64,000 bases of DNA, taken from IMG/VR virus record IMGVR_UViG_3300045988_095709, positions 33,509-97,508 of that record; one strand, given 5' to 3'. A program made the position numbers and the translations under genes. The notes under the pieces were generated by a model that ran no database searches, was not told the origin of the DNA, and was given only the letters and a program-made list of their open reading frames with translations. Positions 46,601 through 59,700 of the stretch are shown piece after piece; the stretch's first letter is position 1, and every line of letters begins with the position of its first letter. Source of the stretch: a virus.

Positions 46601-49600
46601 TTAAAACGTTGATGAATCATGATTACATGATAACGTTTGAAAAAATAGTATATCACACTAAGGATCAAAACGGAAACGACGTATAGTTTGTATTAGAAGG
46701 AGATGACGCTAGAAGTGTATCTATTTACTTTGCAAAATACGATTAGGACAGAAGACCGTACGGATACGGATAGAATCCTTTAGTAAAACAAATAAAGGAA
46801 GCGTTACAACAAAACGAAGAAAACATAAAAAACAAAAACTTCCAATTAGTTTTGACAGGATTATCCAGAACAAATGGAGTCATAATAAGTCTTAAAGAAA
46901 ACAAAAATGTAAAAGACACGTTCGATTTTACAGAAGAATAGATAGAACACCTGTTAGAAAATGGTACAGACCGAGTAGGTGTTACTGATAAAATGGGTGT
47001 TGTAAAAACTATAGATAAAGCAAACAAAACTATATACGGAGACGGTATATATGCAAACTCAGGAGAACGTAGATTATCTCCTGGACAAGTAGTACTGATA
47101 CACGATTTAAAATATAACGAGGATAAAGGTAACGGCAACCATAAAATACCAATCGTACTCTTACCGAAAAAGATAACAAATGCCGATGCTGATCTTATTA
47201 TAAACCTACTGAAAGACACAAGTAAGTAGGAATTGGCTGTTACAAATTCTGGTATTGTTGGACCTATAACAAAATATTAGTTGTTATCTACACTCGTAAG
47301 ATTCGGTCGTGGTGCACAAAATACAGGAAACGATTTCGTATTTAGATACAAAGAAATAGACGGTGTTGCACAAAGAGACATTGTAGAACTACAAATCAGA
47401 GATGAAGAAGGTCAATTAATTACTACAGAATATGACTTGAATAATCCTGTATCTGTAGGTCAATTAAAACGACGTTTAGTAGAAGATGTATACTTATATA
47501 CAAATAATATATCTGTATTAAACAAGGCTACAAATAAGGCAAGAAACACAGATAAAAACAACATATTCTCACAGTTACAAGAATTCTTCGAAAACAATCC
47601 TAATATAAACTAGATAAGTTATGGAGAGAGTATGGTGTTCAATCGTGCAGACGTAGATCCTGACGGAGATGGTTCGTACAAAGGAATAACAGGATTACAC
47701 TGGATGATAAGACACGGTTGGCTTACTACTAACTACGGTGGTGTTACAGATTCTATTTTCTCGGCTACAGGAGTTTAGGGAATAATACCGAACAAACAGT
47801 AGTAGAATATAGAACAACATCCTGAACCAGAAAAAGTAGAAAATATAGACGTATAGCCAGAATAGAATGTCGGCGGAAACATAGGATACGAGAAAGAAGA
47901 TGTTGAAGATGTTAGTATAGACGACGTTAACGAACTTCTTGGTGGAGACTTTGTGGCAGACAACGAAGGTCTTTTCCATAAGCAAAAAGGAAAAGCTAAT
48001 GTAAAGATAGAAGAGAATGTAGCAAGAAGAACTATAAAACGAATTGTTGGAGACTCTATACCTTTACAGATGATAGACGATATTATATCGGTAATGTATG
48101 ATGGAGATGTTGTCGGTATGTGTACTGCAGCTAGTATATATATTTCTAGACAAGCTGAAGCCGGTACTGATTACCACGAGTCTTTCCATGCTGTTGTCGA
48201 ACTTCTTATGGATAAAAATAAGCGTGAGAGTTTGTATAAATTTACTAAGAATAAATTTAACATGCAAAACGCTACAGACGAAGAAGTTGCGGAAGCTTTA
48301 GCAGATTTATTCTTCTTATATAGTAAAGATGCTATACATTTTGAGGGAAGAATTGGAAGACTGTTCTCTTATGTAAAAGACTGGATAAATGCATTTAAAG
48401 TTACAAAAAGTTTAAGGCTTGCTAATTTGTTTGTGAATGCAGATTTTGGAAAATTCGCAAATAAAACTATAAGCAAAGAACAGGTTAACGATTTTAAAAA
48501 TAGATTCCCAAAAGGTCTTAACTTGAAAATAAAAGGTAAGAACGGAAATGGTGTAGAATTTAAACACATATACACATCTACTCAATTAGACGACGCAATT
48601 AATTATTTAGTATATCTGATAATAAAGAATGAAGGTATAAGTAGTATTGGTTCTAATCTAGACAAGTTAGATATTTCTAAGGAGCATCTTACTAATACGA
48701 AACTTGACGAAAACAACAAACCGATTTCTAATTTCGGAAAAACTTATAGAATAGTAACAATGAGCGGTAAGTCTGAATAGGAATTGGATGATTTAGTAAA
48801 AGAAGGAAAGATAACGCCTCTCGTTAAAAACAACGTGTTAATAATGAGAGAAATATTTAACAATTACGAAGACATCAAACCTATGATACTCGCAAAGTTG
48901 AAGAGCATGGGTGTTAACTCTAGACTAGACTAGGAATAGACAGAAAGAGAAAACAAAGAGGGAGACGATGTTAGTCAAATATCACGAGATGTAGATTCTC
49001 ACGCAGACGAATTCTACACACATTCGATGTCTGACGATTTATCTTCTAATATGATATTCTTCTTAAGTACTAGACCTGCATTAAGATATGCTACATAGGA
49101 GGATGTTGATAATGGAATTGTACAATCTTTGTATAAGAAAGATAGAAACGGAAACGAACAGAGAGTTTTAGTATCTTCTTCTAAAAATTCTATGGGAATG
49201 ACTACTTTCCTAGATTACAAACAAGTACACTAGTTATTATTATCAAATCTTCATGATGTGAAAGACGTTGAAGATTTATATAACAAACTTAAAAAACTAG
49301 GAAAGAACGATTATCTTTATGAAAATATAGCAAGAAGTTTATATCAATTTAGATTCCAATCTTATAAGAGATATACCAACAGAAAAGACGGAATGGATAA
49401 CGTACCTATGGTAATGTATAAAGGAAAATTATTAGATCCTAAACATTATATTTCTAATAAAAACAAATTATCATAGGAAGATCTGTATCCTAAGTTTGTA
49501 AGATGGTCTCATGATGTACTCGACAAGAACGGAAAAATAATATTCAAAGCCGGAGATGTGATACAGGGTGCAAGTATTGTGATGAATTACGATATGGAAA

Positions 49601-52600
49601 ATCTTACTACATAGTTGTTCCAATCTATAAAATCTCAAAAGTTAGATTATAACTTCTTGTATATAAGATCTGTAGTTGACGATAACGGAAAAGTTATAAA
49701 CGGAAATTATTTATATTCTTACCATCCTACCAACTACGATAGATCGCAGCAACAATATCCAATACAATGGTTTGATAACTTACGTTCTTCTTTCAGCGGA
49801 TTATTTACTAAGTCTGGAGATCTTAATAAGAATTTTACAAACTTTAAAGACTCTAAAAAATATCTTTCTGAATTGTATAACGCGTTAACGTTGGCGAAAG
49901 CTAATAACGGAAAGATTACAATAAACAAAGTAAATTACGACTTGACAAAAGGATCTGACTTAAGCGTTGTTATATCGTAGTTTGTAAAAAGTATGAGAAA
50001 CATAGGCGTAGATATAGATACCAATATGGTTCAATATTTACTACAACAGATGAACCCTGATGAACCTATGTTATACTTGGCATTCGTAGATTTAATAACT
50101 AAGGGAGGAAATAATAGTGTATACAGTATATTATAGCTTATAAAAGATAACGGTATTCTAGACTTAATGCAAAATAGGCTAGAGGCTGGAGACATATCTT
50201 TCTTTACAAAAGATCAACCTAAAAACAATAGAATACACGATAGTATAAATACCGGATCGTATGTTTATACTAAGAGTGGCTTCTTAACGTTATTGGCAAT
50301 GTGGCAAGGAAAATTTAGAACATCTACTACAGAACTTATGACAATAGGTCCTGAAAACACAAAGATGTATACTTTTGCTCAAAACCATACAGCTTCGGAT
50401 ACTATATACGATCTTAATAATTCTTATGACGAAAACGGAAATCTTGTAAAAGGATGTACACTTGAAGAGTTAAGTTAGGTGGATTATGTATTAGCTAGAG
50501 ATCAGCAAGGTAATAGAATAGGATCTATTATAGGAAAAACTCTTATGAATAAATATTGGAATCCTAATCATAATAAATTACAACTGAGAACTTCTGCTGG
50601 AACTAAATCTTCTACTTATTCTGACGAAGGATCTAAGTATTCTAAGACTACTTCTAGAGAAGACTATATGGCTAAAGTACAGATGTTGTTATAGGGAGAT
50701 ATAATATTCCCGGCATTGTCTGATAAATCTACATATTTCTCTATAAGCGGAATAAAACTTCCAGGACTTAATTTCGATAACAGTTCTTCATCGATAGGAA
50801 GTCTTCCGGTATTTAACTCAAACACTGGAACAATGATGTTTATACACAATGTGATGGAGAATTCTGATGATAAGATAAGAAGTATTGAGGATAATCCGAA
50901 AAGCGGATATAGATATAACGACGTTCTTGATTAGTTTATAGAATATTTTACTTGTGAAAATATAAATGTAAACAAAACTATAAACGACTTAGGATTGTAG
51001 GAATAGAACGCAACAAATACTCCGATATCAGAAAATCAGAAAATTACAAACTATCACAAAGGAAGTATAAATGGTGCAAGATATTTGAGTTTGATGGGAA
51101 TATACGCATTAGAAGATATGGAAATAAAGATAAACGGAAAAACTAAATCTTATAAAAAGGGAGATTATATACCGTTTAACTTTAAAGCAAATACTCCTAG
51201 TGAAGGTATACTTGAAGGAAGAAATCTTGCTCAGTCTCTTTTCTTTGACCAACCTATAGAAAAACAAAGAGTGATAGTAGCTGAAATATTAAGAAGAAGA
51301 CTTGATGATACGTTGAACGACTTGTTAGAAATGGGAATAATAAGCAAAAACGACAATGCTTCTAAAGCAAAAGGTATTGTTACTCATGATTATTATTCTT
51401 ATAAAAATAATTATTTTGACGTAGATAAGATAAACAGATTAGCTAGGTGTTATTCTAACATAGAAGGAATACAAACTTTCGGAAATTCTGCATTAGAGTC
51501 TTTAGGTGTAGTAGCGATGGCGTACGATATAATGTGTAAGAGTATGATGTCTATGGAAGAAACAAGACGTTTCTTTACGGGAATGCCTCAGTTCTTTAAA
51601 ACAAAATATTCTTCAGAAGGAAATTTAGTAGATTATGGAACAGACGAAACTAAACGTTACGGAGGTGAAGGTTCTACTGGTTCTAATAACCGTGAAGACA
51701 TGGCTAATATACCAGAAGAGTATACTTGTGCAGAGCTAAAAGATTGGGAAATTTCGTCTGCTATAAGCGAATCTTTGGAACAGGCTTTCAAAGAAGGAGA
51801 ATATAGAGAGTCGTTATCTGTATACTATAGCGAAAATCCATCGTTAGGTAAACCTTCCGACGCTTATAATATGTCTATAGAAGACGTAGAAAAAGAATTA
51901 GAAAAAACAGGAATGTTAGAAATGATTGACATGAAGATAAAAAAAGAATCTAATTCTTATAAAAGCGAAATAAACGTTACAGACGGTACTGCTTACATAA
52001 CAGATACTATGGCAGAAAATCTGTTAAGAATGCGAGGAGCGTTTAATAACGAAATAGCAGAAGCGTTTGAAAGACTGAGAGGCGATAAAGGATACCTAAA
52101 TAGTGCACAAGATTATAAACTTATACACGAAGCACTTATAAGTACATAGAAATATTCTGCTTTCGGATACAGAATGCAAAACGGAATACCGGTACACTTC
52201 TACGATAAGTTCGCATTGTTCCCAATGTTCAAAGGAATATCTTTCGGATTTAGTAGAGATCTTTATGATAAGATGCGTAAAGAGGGTGTAGATATGGTAA
52301 TGTTTAATTCTGCTGTAAAATCTGGATCTTAGGGTGCGTAGAAGTTCTCTCCTGATATGACAAAAGAAGATTTATAGAAGTTTACATTTAAAAACAATAT
52401 CTATAAACAAAAGTATAAGTACATAAGAAGGCAGTTGAATACAGATCCTAGAACTGATGAAGTAATGGCTGCAGGAACACAGGCTATGAAGGTTTCTCTC
52501 AGTGTACTTAGAGATTGGCAAACATATTCTATACAAAATCCTGACGGAACGGAACAAACTTTGAATAAAAACGAAGTATTGAGTGCTATAATGGACAGGA

Positions 52601-55600
52601 TGAACAGAATGGCTGAAATAGGAAGTCAGTAGATAAAAGAAGAATTCTTTACCAACGGAAAGCTAGATTACGCAAAATTAAAAGATTTCATAGTAAGAGA
52701 ACTTTCTAGTAGAAATGCCGATAAGAATATACTTGAAGCTGTCAATTTGGATTATCTTACTGACGAGAACGGAAATATAATTCCGGAAAGCGTACATTTT
52801 GTTACTGACATAAACGTAGTTTCTAATATGGCATGGATAGAAAGTATATTGATATCACATATAAATAAAAAAGTAATAGATATTAATTTTAAAGGAAATG
52901 CTTTCTATCAGAGATCCGTGTTTGGTCTTGATAGCCCTACTGTATTAAACGACGATTAGGTAAAATACGAAATGAATGGTGGTAAACCTCTGCAGATGAT
53001 AAATGAAGAGGGAAGTATGGACGCAGTAATAAGTATAGACTACTTTATGGATATTATACCTAAGAAATATAGATATAATTTCAAAAAAGCAAAACAATGG
53101 TTGATTGACAACGATATTATATCTGGTATAAAAACAGGAACAAAAGAGTGGAATAATGCTAAAGCTAGTGTGTTATCATACCGTATTCCTACTCAGGCGG
53201 CATCTTCTATTCACGCGTTAAGATTTGTAGACGTATTACCAATCGTTAGAGATACTATAATACTACCTAGAGAGTTTACTAAGATTACTGGTTCTGACTT
53301 CGATATTGATAAATTGTATTTATCGTCTTTCTATTATAATGTAAACAAAGAAACCGGAAAGTCATCTTTGATAATGGACGACGAATATGAAAATACAGCA
53401 AATCAACTTCTTTCTATATATCTTTCTTTGATTAAAGATGCTGGAAAACAAGTTACAGACGGAAAAATATCTAAGTCTAGATACATGCATATATTGAACA
53501 GATCTATTGATAACGATACAGAGTTGATAACCAATGTTCTTTCTGATATAGAATCTGGAAAAACTAAAAAGACCGTAGAGCCATATCAATTTGAAAATCT
53601 AACCAATCAAGTAAAGATAAAACAATCATTTGCTACAGGTAAACTCGGAATAGGACCGTTTGCGTTGAATAACAACAATCAGGTACTTACTATGTTGTAC
53701 AACGTTTCTTTCAAAGATTTTGGAGACAACGATAAAAGTTTATTAACTTATATCGGAATGAACAGGTTAGATAGGATTACAGATATAAACGGAAACCATA
53801 TATTATCGTGGATATCTGCGATGATAAACGCACACGTGGACGTTGCGAAGGATCCGTATATATTAAGATTAAATGTAAATAAATTTACATATAATCTAGT
53901 AAATCTACTTATACGTTGTGGTCTAGGAGATAGAGCTTTATATTTCATCAACAACCCTATAATAAAAGATTTAGCTAGAATAAGTGAAGAAACGCAAGGA
54001 AGAATAGTTGATGAACCGGAAATAAGCGTAAGAAAAAGGTTTGAAAACGCTTAGGAACAGTATATACGTGACTGTAAGTTTAGAGATGAGTCTTTTTCTA
54101 AGTTGTATATGAAAGCTAAGGACGAAGAAAAAAGAGCTGCTGAAAAGAAAGATTTTGATAAAATCGCAGAAATAATGGGAATGGATAGAGACGGTCTTCC
54201 AATAAATAGTATTAAAATATTTAAAGACGGTCAGTATTATACTGTTGATGGTACATATATAATGAGAGACATTTTAAAAAATAAAGACGTACTCATAGAT
54301 GAAAACAAACCGTTAAGTATGGATAATCTTAGAGACGACGATCAGTTTTATTACGTGTTGGAAGGTGATAGAAGAGTTACTCCAAAAGAAGTTTAGATGT
54401 ATATATTCTTAGCTATGCAAAATTTAAACATAAATGCAGCGGCTCTTTCTGCAGTAGTACAGGCTACTAAAGTAGACACTAAAAAGCACGGTAAAACTGT
54501 AAGAGAACAATCAGAATATAATGCTAAATACGAATAGTTATTAAGAGGTGGTATATCTAACATGTTTGAAAATTTGGATAACATGTTGACAAAATCTTAT
54601 ATAAACGTTAAAACTAATCTCGGAATAGGTATTCCTAAGAAAATTCTTTAGGAGTTTTCTATAACAGCTACAGACAATTTTAGATACGTAGTGGATTCTA
54701 TATGCTCTATGTACTTAAACAACTAGACTTCTAAAACTAAAACATCGATACAGAATGCTGTTCTCGCATACGTTAAACAGATTGCTATGAATAAAGCTAT
54801 GGAAGATAACGGAATAACTAGCGAAAAGTGGATGGAGATGATACAAGGAAGAAAAACGTTAGCACAGAGAATAACAAACCTTCAGAACATATTGATTTCG
54901 GATGTAGATGGTAAATATAAATCTTTAGCTACTAACGGAACAATAATAAATCCATTACTTGCTAATTTGCGAAGAATTCCATATCAACCACAATACGGAC
55001 AGGTTCACTACGATCTTATAGGGTTAGAAAACAAAGGAGCTGACGATAGTGAATTGAGTAATAACTATATTGATGCATGGTAGCAACTTTTAGATTATGA
55101 TGATCCTCAATATCCAAAAGAGTCTGAAGCTATAAGGAAGCTAGCTAGCGATCTTGCTGTTTATGCGTTTGTGACATCTTCTGATACTAAAGGAACAAAT
55201 AAATTTTTCAAATATGTTCCTGTTTCTTGGAGAAATGATTTTGGGTATTCAGAGTATATAAGATAGGCTTTTTAGTACTTTAAAGACGGAAACGTAAAAG
55301 TACAAGAAGATGCTGAAGATGGATTTTTAACTATAGATCCGTACGAATTAATAATGAATAACTATATGGATCCTAATATTCTACCTACACATAAGATGAA
55401 TAAGTTTATGGGATCTTCTTATCAGTATAGTGAAACGGATTTCTAGGGAAAGATTATAACAAGTAATATATACACAATGATTGCAGGTCTTGTTAACGAT
55501 AGACCTACAATGTATAAATCTGAATACATTACACAATATCCTCCTTTTGTCAGAATACAAAGACCAAATACCAATAGATTTTCTGCAGATTAGTATTTGT

Positions 55601-56760
55601 TGTATAGACTTGCTGCTTACGGTACTAAAACGTTATCTGACGGTAAACAGGTATCTTATCCTGTATATATACTTTTAAATCCTAAAGGTCAGAGAGTTAA
55701 AATAGGTGCTCAAAATTATGATTTCTATTCTGTAGGAAGAGACGATAATTATCAGCACGATTTCTTAAAAGGTGAAACTCCAAACTTCTTAGAAAAAGTA
55801 AAATGGATATAGAAAAACATAGAAAAAATACAGGAGTTGAGAGCAGCTAAAACAGCAACAGTAGGAGACGTGAGATAGTTGTTCGACATACCGGCAGGAG
55901 ATAGTTATTCTATACAAACGTTCGGAAATATATAGAGAACAGTATATCAAAATGAAAAATACGGAAATATAGGAGAAGCTGAAATACAACACGACTAGTT
56001 ACAATTAGAGCTCGGACCATATGGTGAATGGGAAATAAAAGGCGATAATACTTCTAAATTTGATACAAACAAAGCATTAGATACATACACATTGCATTCT
56101 GGTGGAGCAAAAGGTTCAGACTCTTACTGGGGAACAGCAGGAGAGAAATACGGCTTATTGTACGACGATAAACACCAAAGACACTATTATCACCAAGAAA
56201 AAACTCCTGTAGGAAATGTAGAAATATCTAATTAGGATTACGAAGAAGGAAGATACAAGGCAGCATAGGCTGCTTCAGCAAGATGGGGATATAACTTGAA
56301 AACAATGAAAGATAATAGATTGATTAGAAATTGGGCTCAGGTTAAATATTCAGATGCAATATTTGCAATAGGAACTCTTGTTAAACCCGGACAACCGATA
56401 GATCCAAACAACAATAAAGAAACAAGAATTGCTAAGAAAGTAATAGTTTCTGGAGGTACCGGATATGCTGTAGAGATGGCTATACAAGCTGGTAAACCTG
56501 TATACGTATTCGATTAGAGGAGAAACAGATGGTATAAGAACATAGACGGAAAATGGTCTAAATCAGATATTCCTGTACTTACTAAAAATTTCGCAGGTAT
56601 CGGAACTAGAGAGTTATAGGATAACGGAAAATAGGCTATAGAAGACGTATATAAAAAGACTATAGAATAGATGTAGAAGAACTCTACTAATTAGGATATC
56701 GATATCAATATAGAAGATTTCAGTAATCTAAACGAATAGAGACATGAACAATGTGATTAA
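40642..56760 (+). CDS. Giant multidomain virion protein (5372 codons) containing an RNA-polymerase-type DxDxD motif
   Basis: I read frame 1 codon by codon across every gap between 25 same-frame track ORFs, from ATG 40642 to TAA 56758-56760. TAG was the only stop. The last upstream in-frame stop is TAA 40609-40611. Embedded signatures are annotated separately below. Confidence 0.8.
45304..45930 (+). other. PD-(D/E)XK (RecB/Cas4-type) nuclease domain inside the giant protein
   Basis: The sequence ...GETDMLAVDTDGSVYLIDFKTSK... (D-F-K at 45736-45744) is followed by ...RTQFTLYSMM..., which fits the QxxxY motif typical of RecB-family nucleases. Confidence 0.55.
48100..48310 (+). other. Candidate zincin metallopeptidase motif inside the giant protein
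   Basis: HESFH (48175-48189) fits HExxH. It is followed 35 residues later by EALAD, which fits the ExxxD third-ligand motif of gluzincins. Confidence 0.4.
52972..54054 (+). other. Putative catalytic region of a crAss-type virion RNA polymerase
   Basis: The motif ..TKITGSDFDIDKLY.. places DFDID at 53296-53310. This DxDxD metal-binding motif is analogous to NADFDGD of multisubunit RNAP beta-prime, and lies within a very large virion-module protein as in crAss-like phages. Confidence 0.55.
56092..56514 (+). other. SLOG / DprA / DUF2493-like Rossmannoid domain at the C-terminus of the giant protein
   Basis: The signatures are LHSGGAKGSDSYWG ... NRLIRNWAQVKYSDAIFAIG ... VSGGTGYAVEMAIQAGKPVYVFD. 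These fit the GGAxGxD and GGTxxxxxxA..GKPV pattern. Confidence 0.45.
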
Positions 56761-56772
56761 AATTATTAAATT

Positions 56773-59700
56773 ATGGTATGTATAATAGAGAGTAAATATT
56801 AGAAAGAAATAGAAGATCTTACTGGTATAATTGGAGACAGGGAGACTGCTATATCACTATTATGCGCAAATAACGGGTTCACCTTAGACAAAACACCCTA
56901 GGGTGAACCGTCAGATTTGTATCAATAGTTATTAGGACAGTTCTCAAACGACGAAGCAGGAAGAAGACGTGCTATTATATACAAAGCTAGAACGTTCGGA
57001 AGTTCTTTCGTTAATAAGTATGGAAAATGGTTTGAATAGGACGCATAGTCGTAGAATAACAATTTTGACTCTAACGGTGAACCTGTTTTAAGTATAGTAC
57101 TTGGTGATAAAAATTTGTTTCAAAATAGTACGGAGTAGGATTTTTCACAACTTAAGAGAGAGTATGTCAGTCGTTTAGTAAACGAACTTCTTTTTGAAAA
57201 CCCAAACGCTAGTCAAATAGAAATACTAAACAAAGAAATAGAAGCACAGCAAGAGTGGGCTAATCAATAGGCTAATCAGTTGGACGAAGATGTTGAAATG
57301 TCCAGAATAGACGCAGAAGATACAAAAAGACTATTGAAAAACGAGAACATATTGATTGGGAAGGCTAGTAAATCTGTAATATAGATGTTTAGAAAAGCAA
57401 AAGAAAGAGCTAAAAAACTTAGAGAAAATCTAAACATAAAAAGTCTAAATCTGAAAGATGACTTATCAAACAAAATAGACGAGACAGCCAACCAGATAAT
57501 ATCTGCAACTATAAGTAAGGAAAAGGCTTATAAATCTAAAAACTTCTCTTCTTCTACTTCTTATGGAGATATAAACTAGTAGATATAGAACTAGGAAAAT
57601 TCTAGAAAAATACGTGGATATAGAAAAAGTATAATAGAAGCACAAAATAGTAAAAATGCAAAGAAAGAATTAGATGCAAAACTTGAAATGTTCTTGTATT
57701 TTATAGAAAATGCATCTGACGAAATAAATAAAATATTATCAATGCTTCTTAATGCTGAGGCTAATGAGTATAAAAAGATATATTATAAAGTAGATAGCGT
57801 TGGAAATATAATATACAACGATGAAAACAATAAATATTACACCGAACAAAACGAAAAAGAAGGTGTACAATACGGTACGTTTGATTTTAACGACCTTCAG
57901 TATATAAACACTGATGTTATTGGATTTTACGACGGTGTACTACATAATATATTATTGATATTAGACTAGCTTGACGAAAATGATCCGAAAGTTAAATTGC
58001 TTAAAGACTCCATAAGAATTTCAGATGTATGCAATAATATATTTTCAGCTAAAAGAAAGTATCAGATAGCTCTAGAAAATAAAGTAATGGATATGGTCAG
58101 AGAAGGTCTTGACGAAATTCCAGAAGAAAGACTAGACTCTGAAATGAAAGCAAGATTGATAGTAAGAACTAAAAAATGGCTTAGAAATCAGTACGATTTT
58201 GGTGATGTTACTGTATTCGAAAGAGTTATAGGAATAGGAAGTAGATCTAAAAGTTCACTGATAAGACTTATTCAGGAAGTAATAAACTAGATAGAAAACG
58301 AAATACGTATAGAAACAAGTAAGAAAGGTTTTAAATTAAATGATCTATACAGAAAAGCGTTAAATAAAAACAAAAAATATATGCTTCCCGGTATGAGTTT
58401 GCAGTAGTTACTGATGGGTAAAGACAGAAACGGTTTACCAAACGGAGATTTCGTAAGACCTATAAATTACAGACAGTATCAACAAGATTTAGAGAACATT
58501 TAGGCTGAATTACTATTTGGAAAAGATGGTATTAGAGACCGAATTGCAAATCTAAAAGACGATAGTGGTAATTATATATTCAGATATCCAGATACGAACA
58601 CTTACGAAATAGAATTTGATGAACACGGAGAACCAATATTACCAAATCATCCAAAACTAGAACAAGCATATAAGAATTACTATAAGAAACTGGAGTCTTG
58701 GAAATGCGATCATTCTGAAAGACCGTATACTAAAAAATATTATATTGAAAGGTTGGATCATTTGTCTATATCTACTATACAAATGATGAATAAGTTGTAT
58801 AGTGGAAGAAACGAGATAATACAAGCTGCTACAGTAGACGGATAGTTCAGACCTGATAAACTTTCTGATTTCTAGTTAGACGAGCTGAATAGATACAATC
58901 AAGAAATACAACAGTTGTCCAGTCCTTTTTATATTGACGGAACAGAAAAAGATCCTTACACTCCAGAAGGAATTGCAGCTAGAGAGATAAGTAGTTGGCA
59001 AAATACAATATCTGACCACATAAAATATAAGACTAGTATTGAAAAGTACAATCAAGCATTATCTTTTGCGAAAGATAAGAAAAAATTTGCTAGATTGTTC
59101 AGTAAGTGGATAATAAATCCTAAATTATACGAATGGTTGGATGATGATTTTCAGATGAATAATTCGTACGTCAAATCTCTTAAAAAGACCATTAATAAAC
59201 TTATGGCTCCGTACAAAACAGATAAAATCGGAGAAGTCAAATGGGATATGCTTTTTGATTTTGAAACTGGAAAAATCAAAAATGAGAAATGGTTTGAAAG
59301 TATGATTGAAGTTTCTAAAAGATATAGTGAAGAAATATCTTTATAGTATAAAGATTATTCTAACGAAGATGATAACGGTGGTACAAAATATAATGAACTA
59401 ATAGACGAGGTGTATGTACCAAAACCAGGATTTCAGTACGATTTTTCATATACTTATGAAAACTCTATGCTTAAATACATGAAAGATGCGTATTAGAATT
59501 ACTTGGTAGAAAACAAAGGTTATAGTACACAACAGGCTAGTTCTATCGCTGCGAATACATTTTCGTATACTTATATGACAGCAAAGGGTAAACTTATAAG
59601 TAAACCTATTTCAATATTTATGATGCGCGTTCCTAAAGAAAAGAAACAATTTAAAGGTATAGATGGAAATTATTACAAATCTTTTATAAGAACGCCTTCT

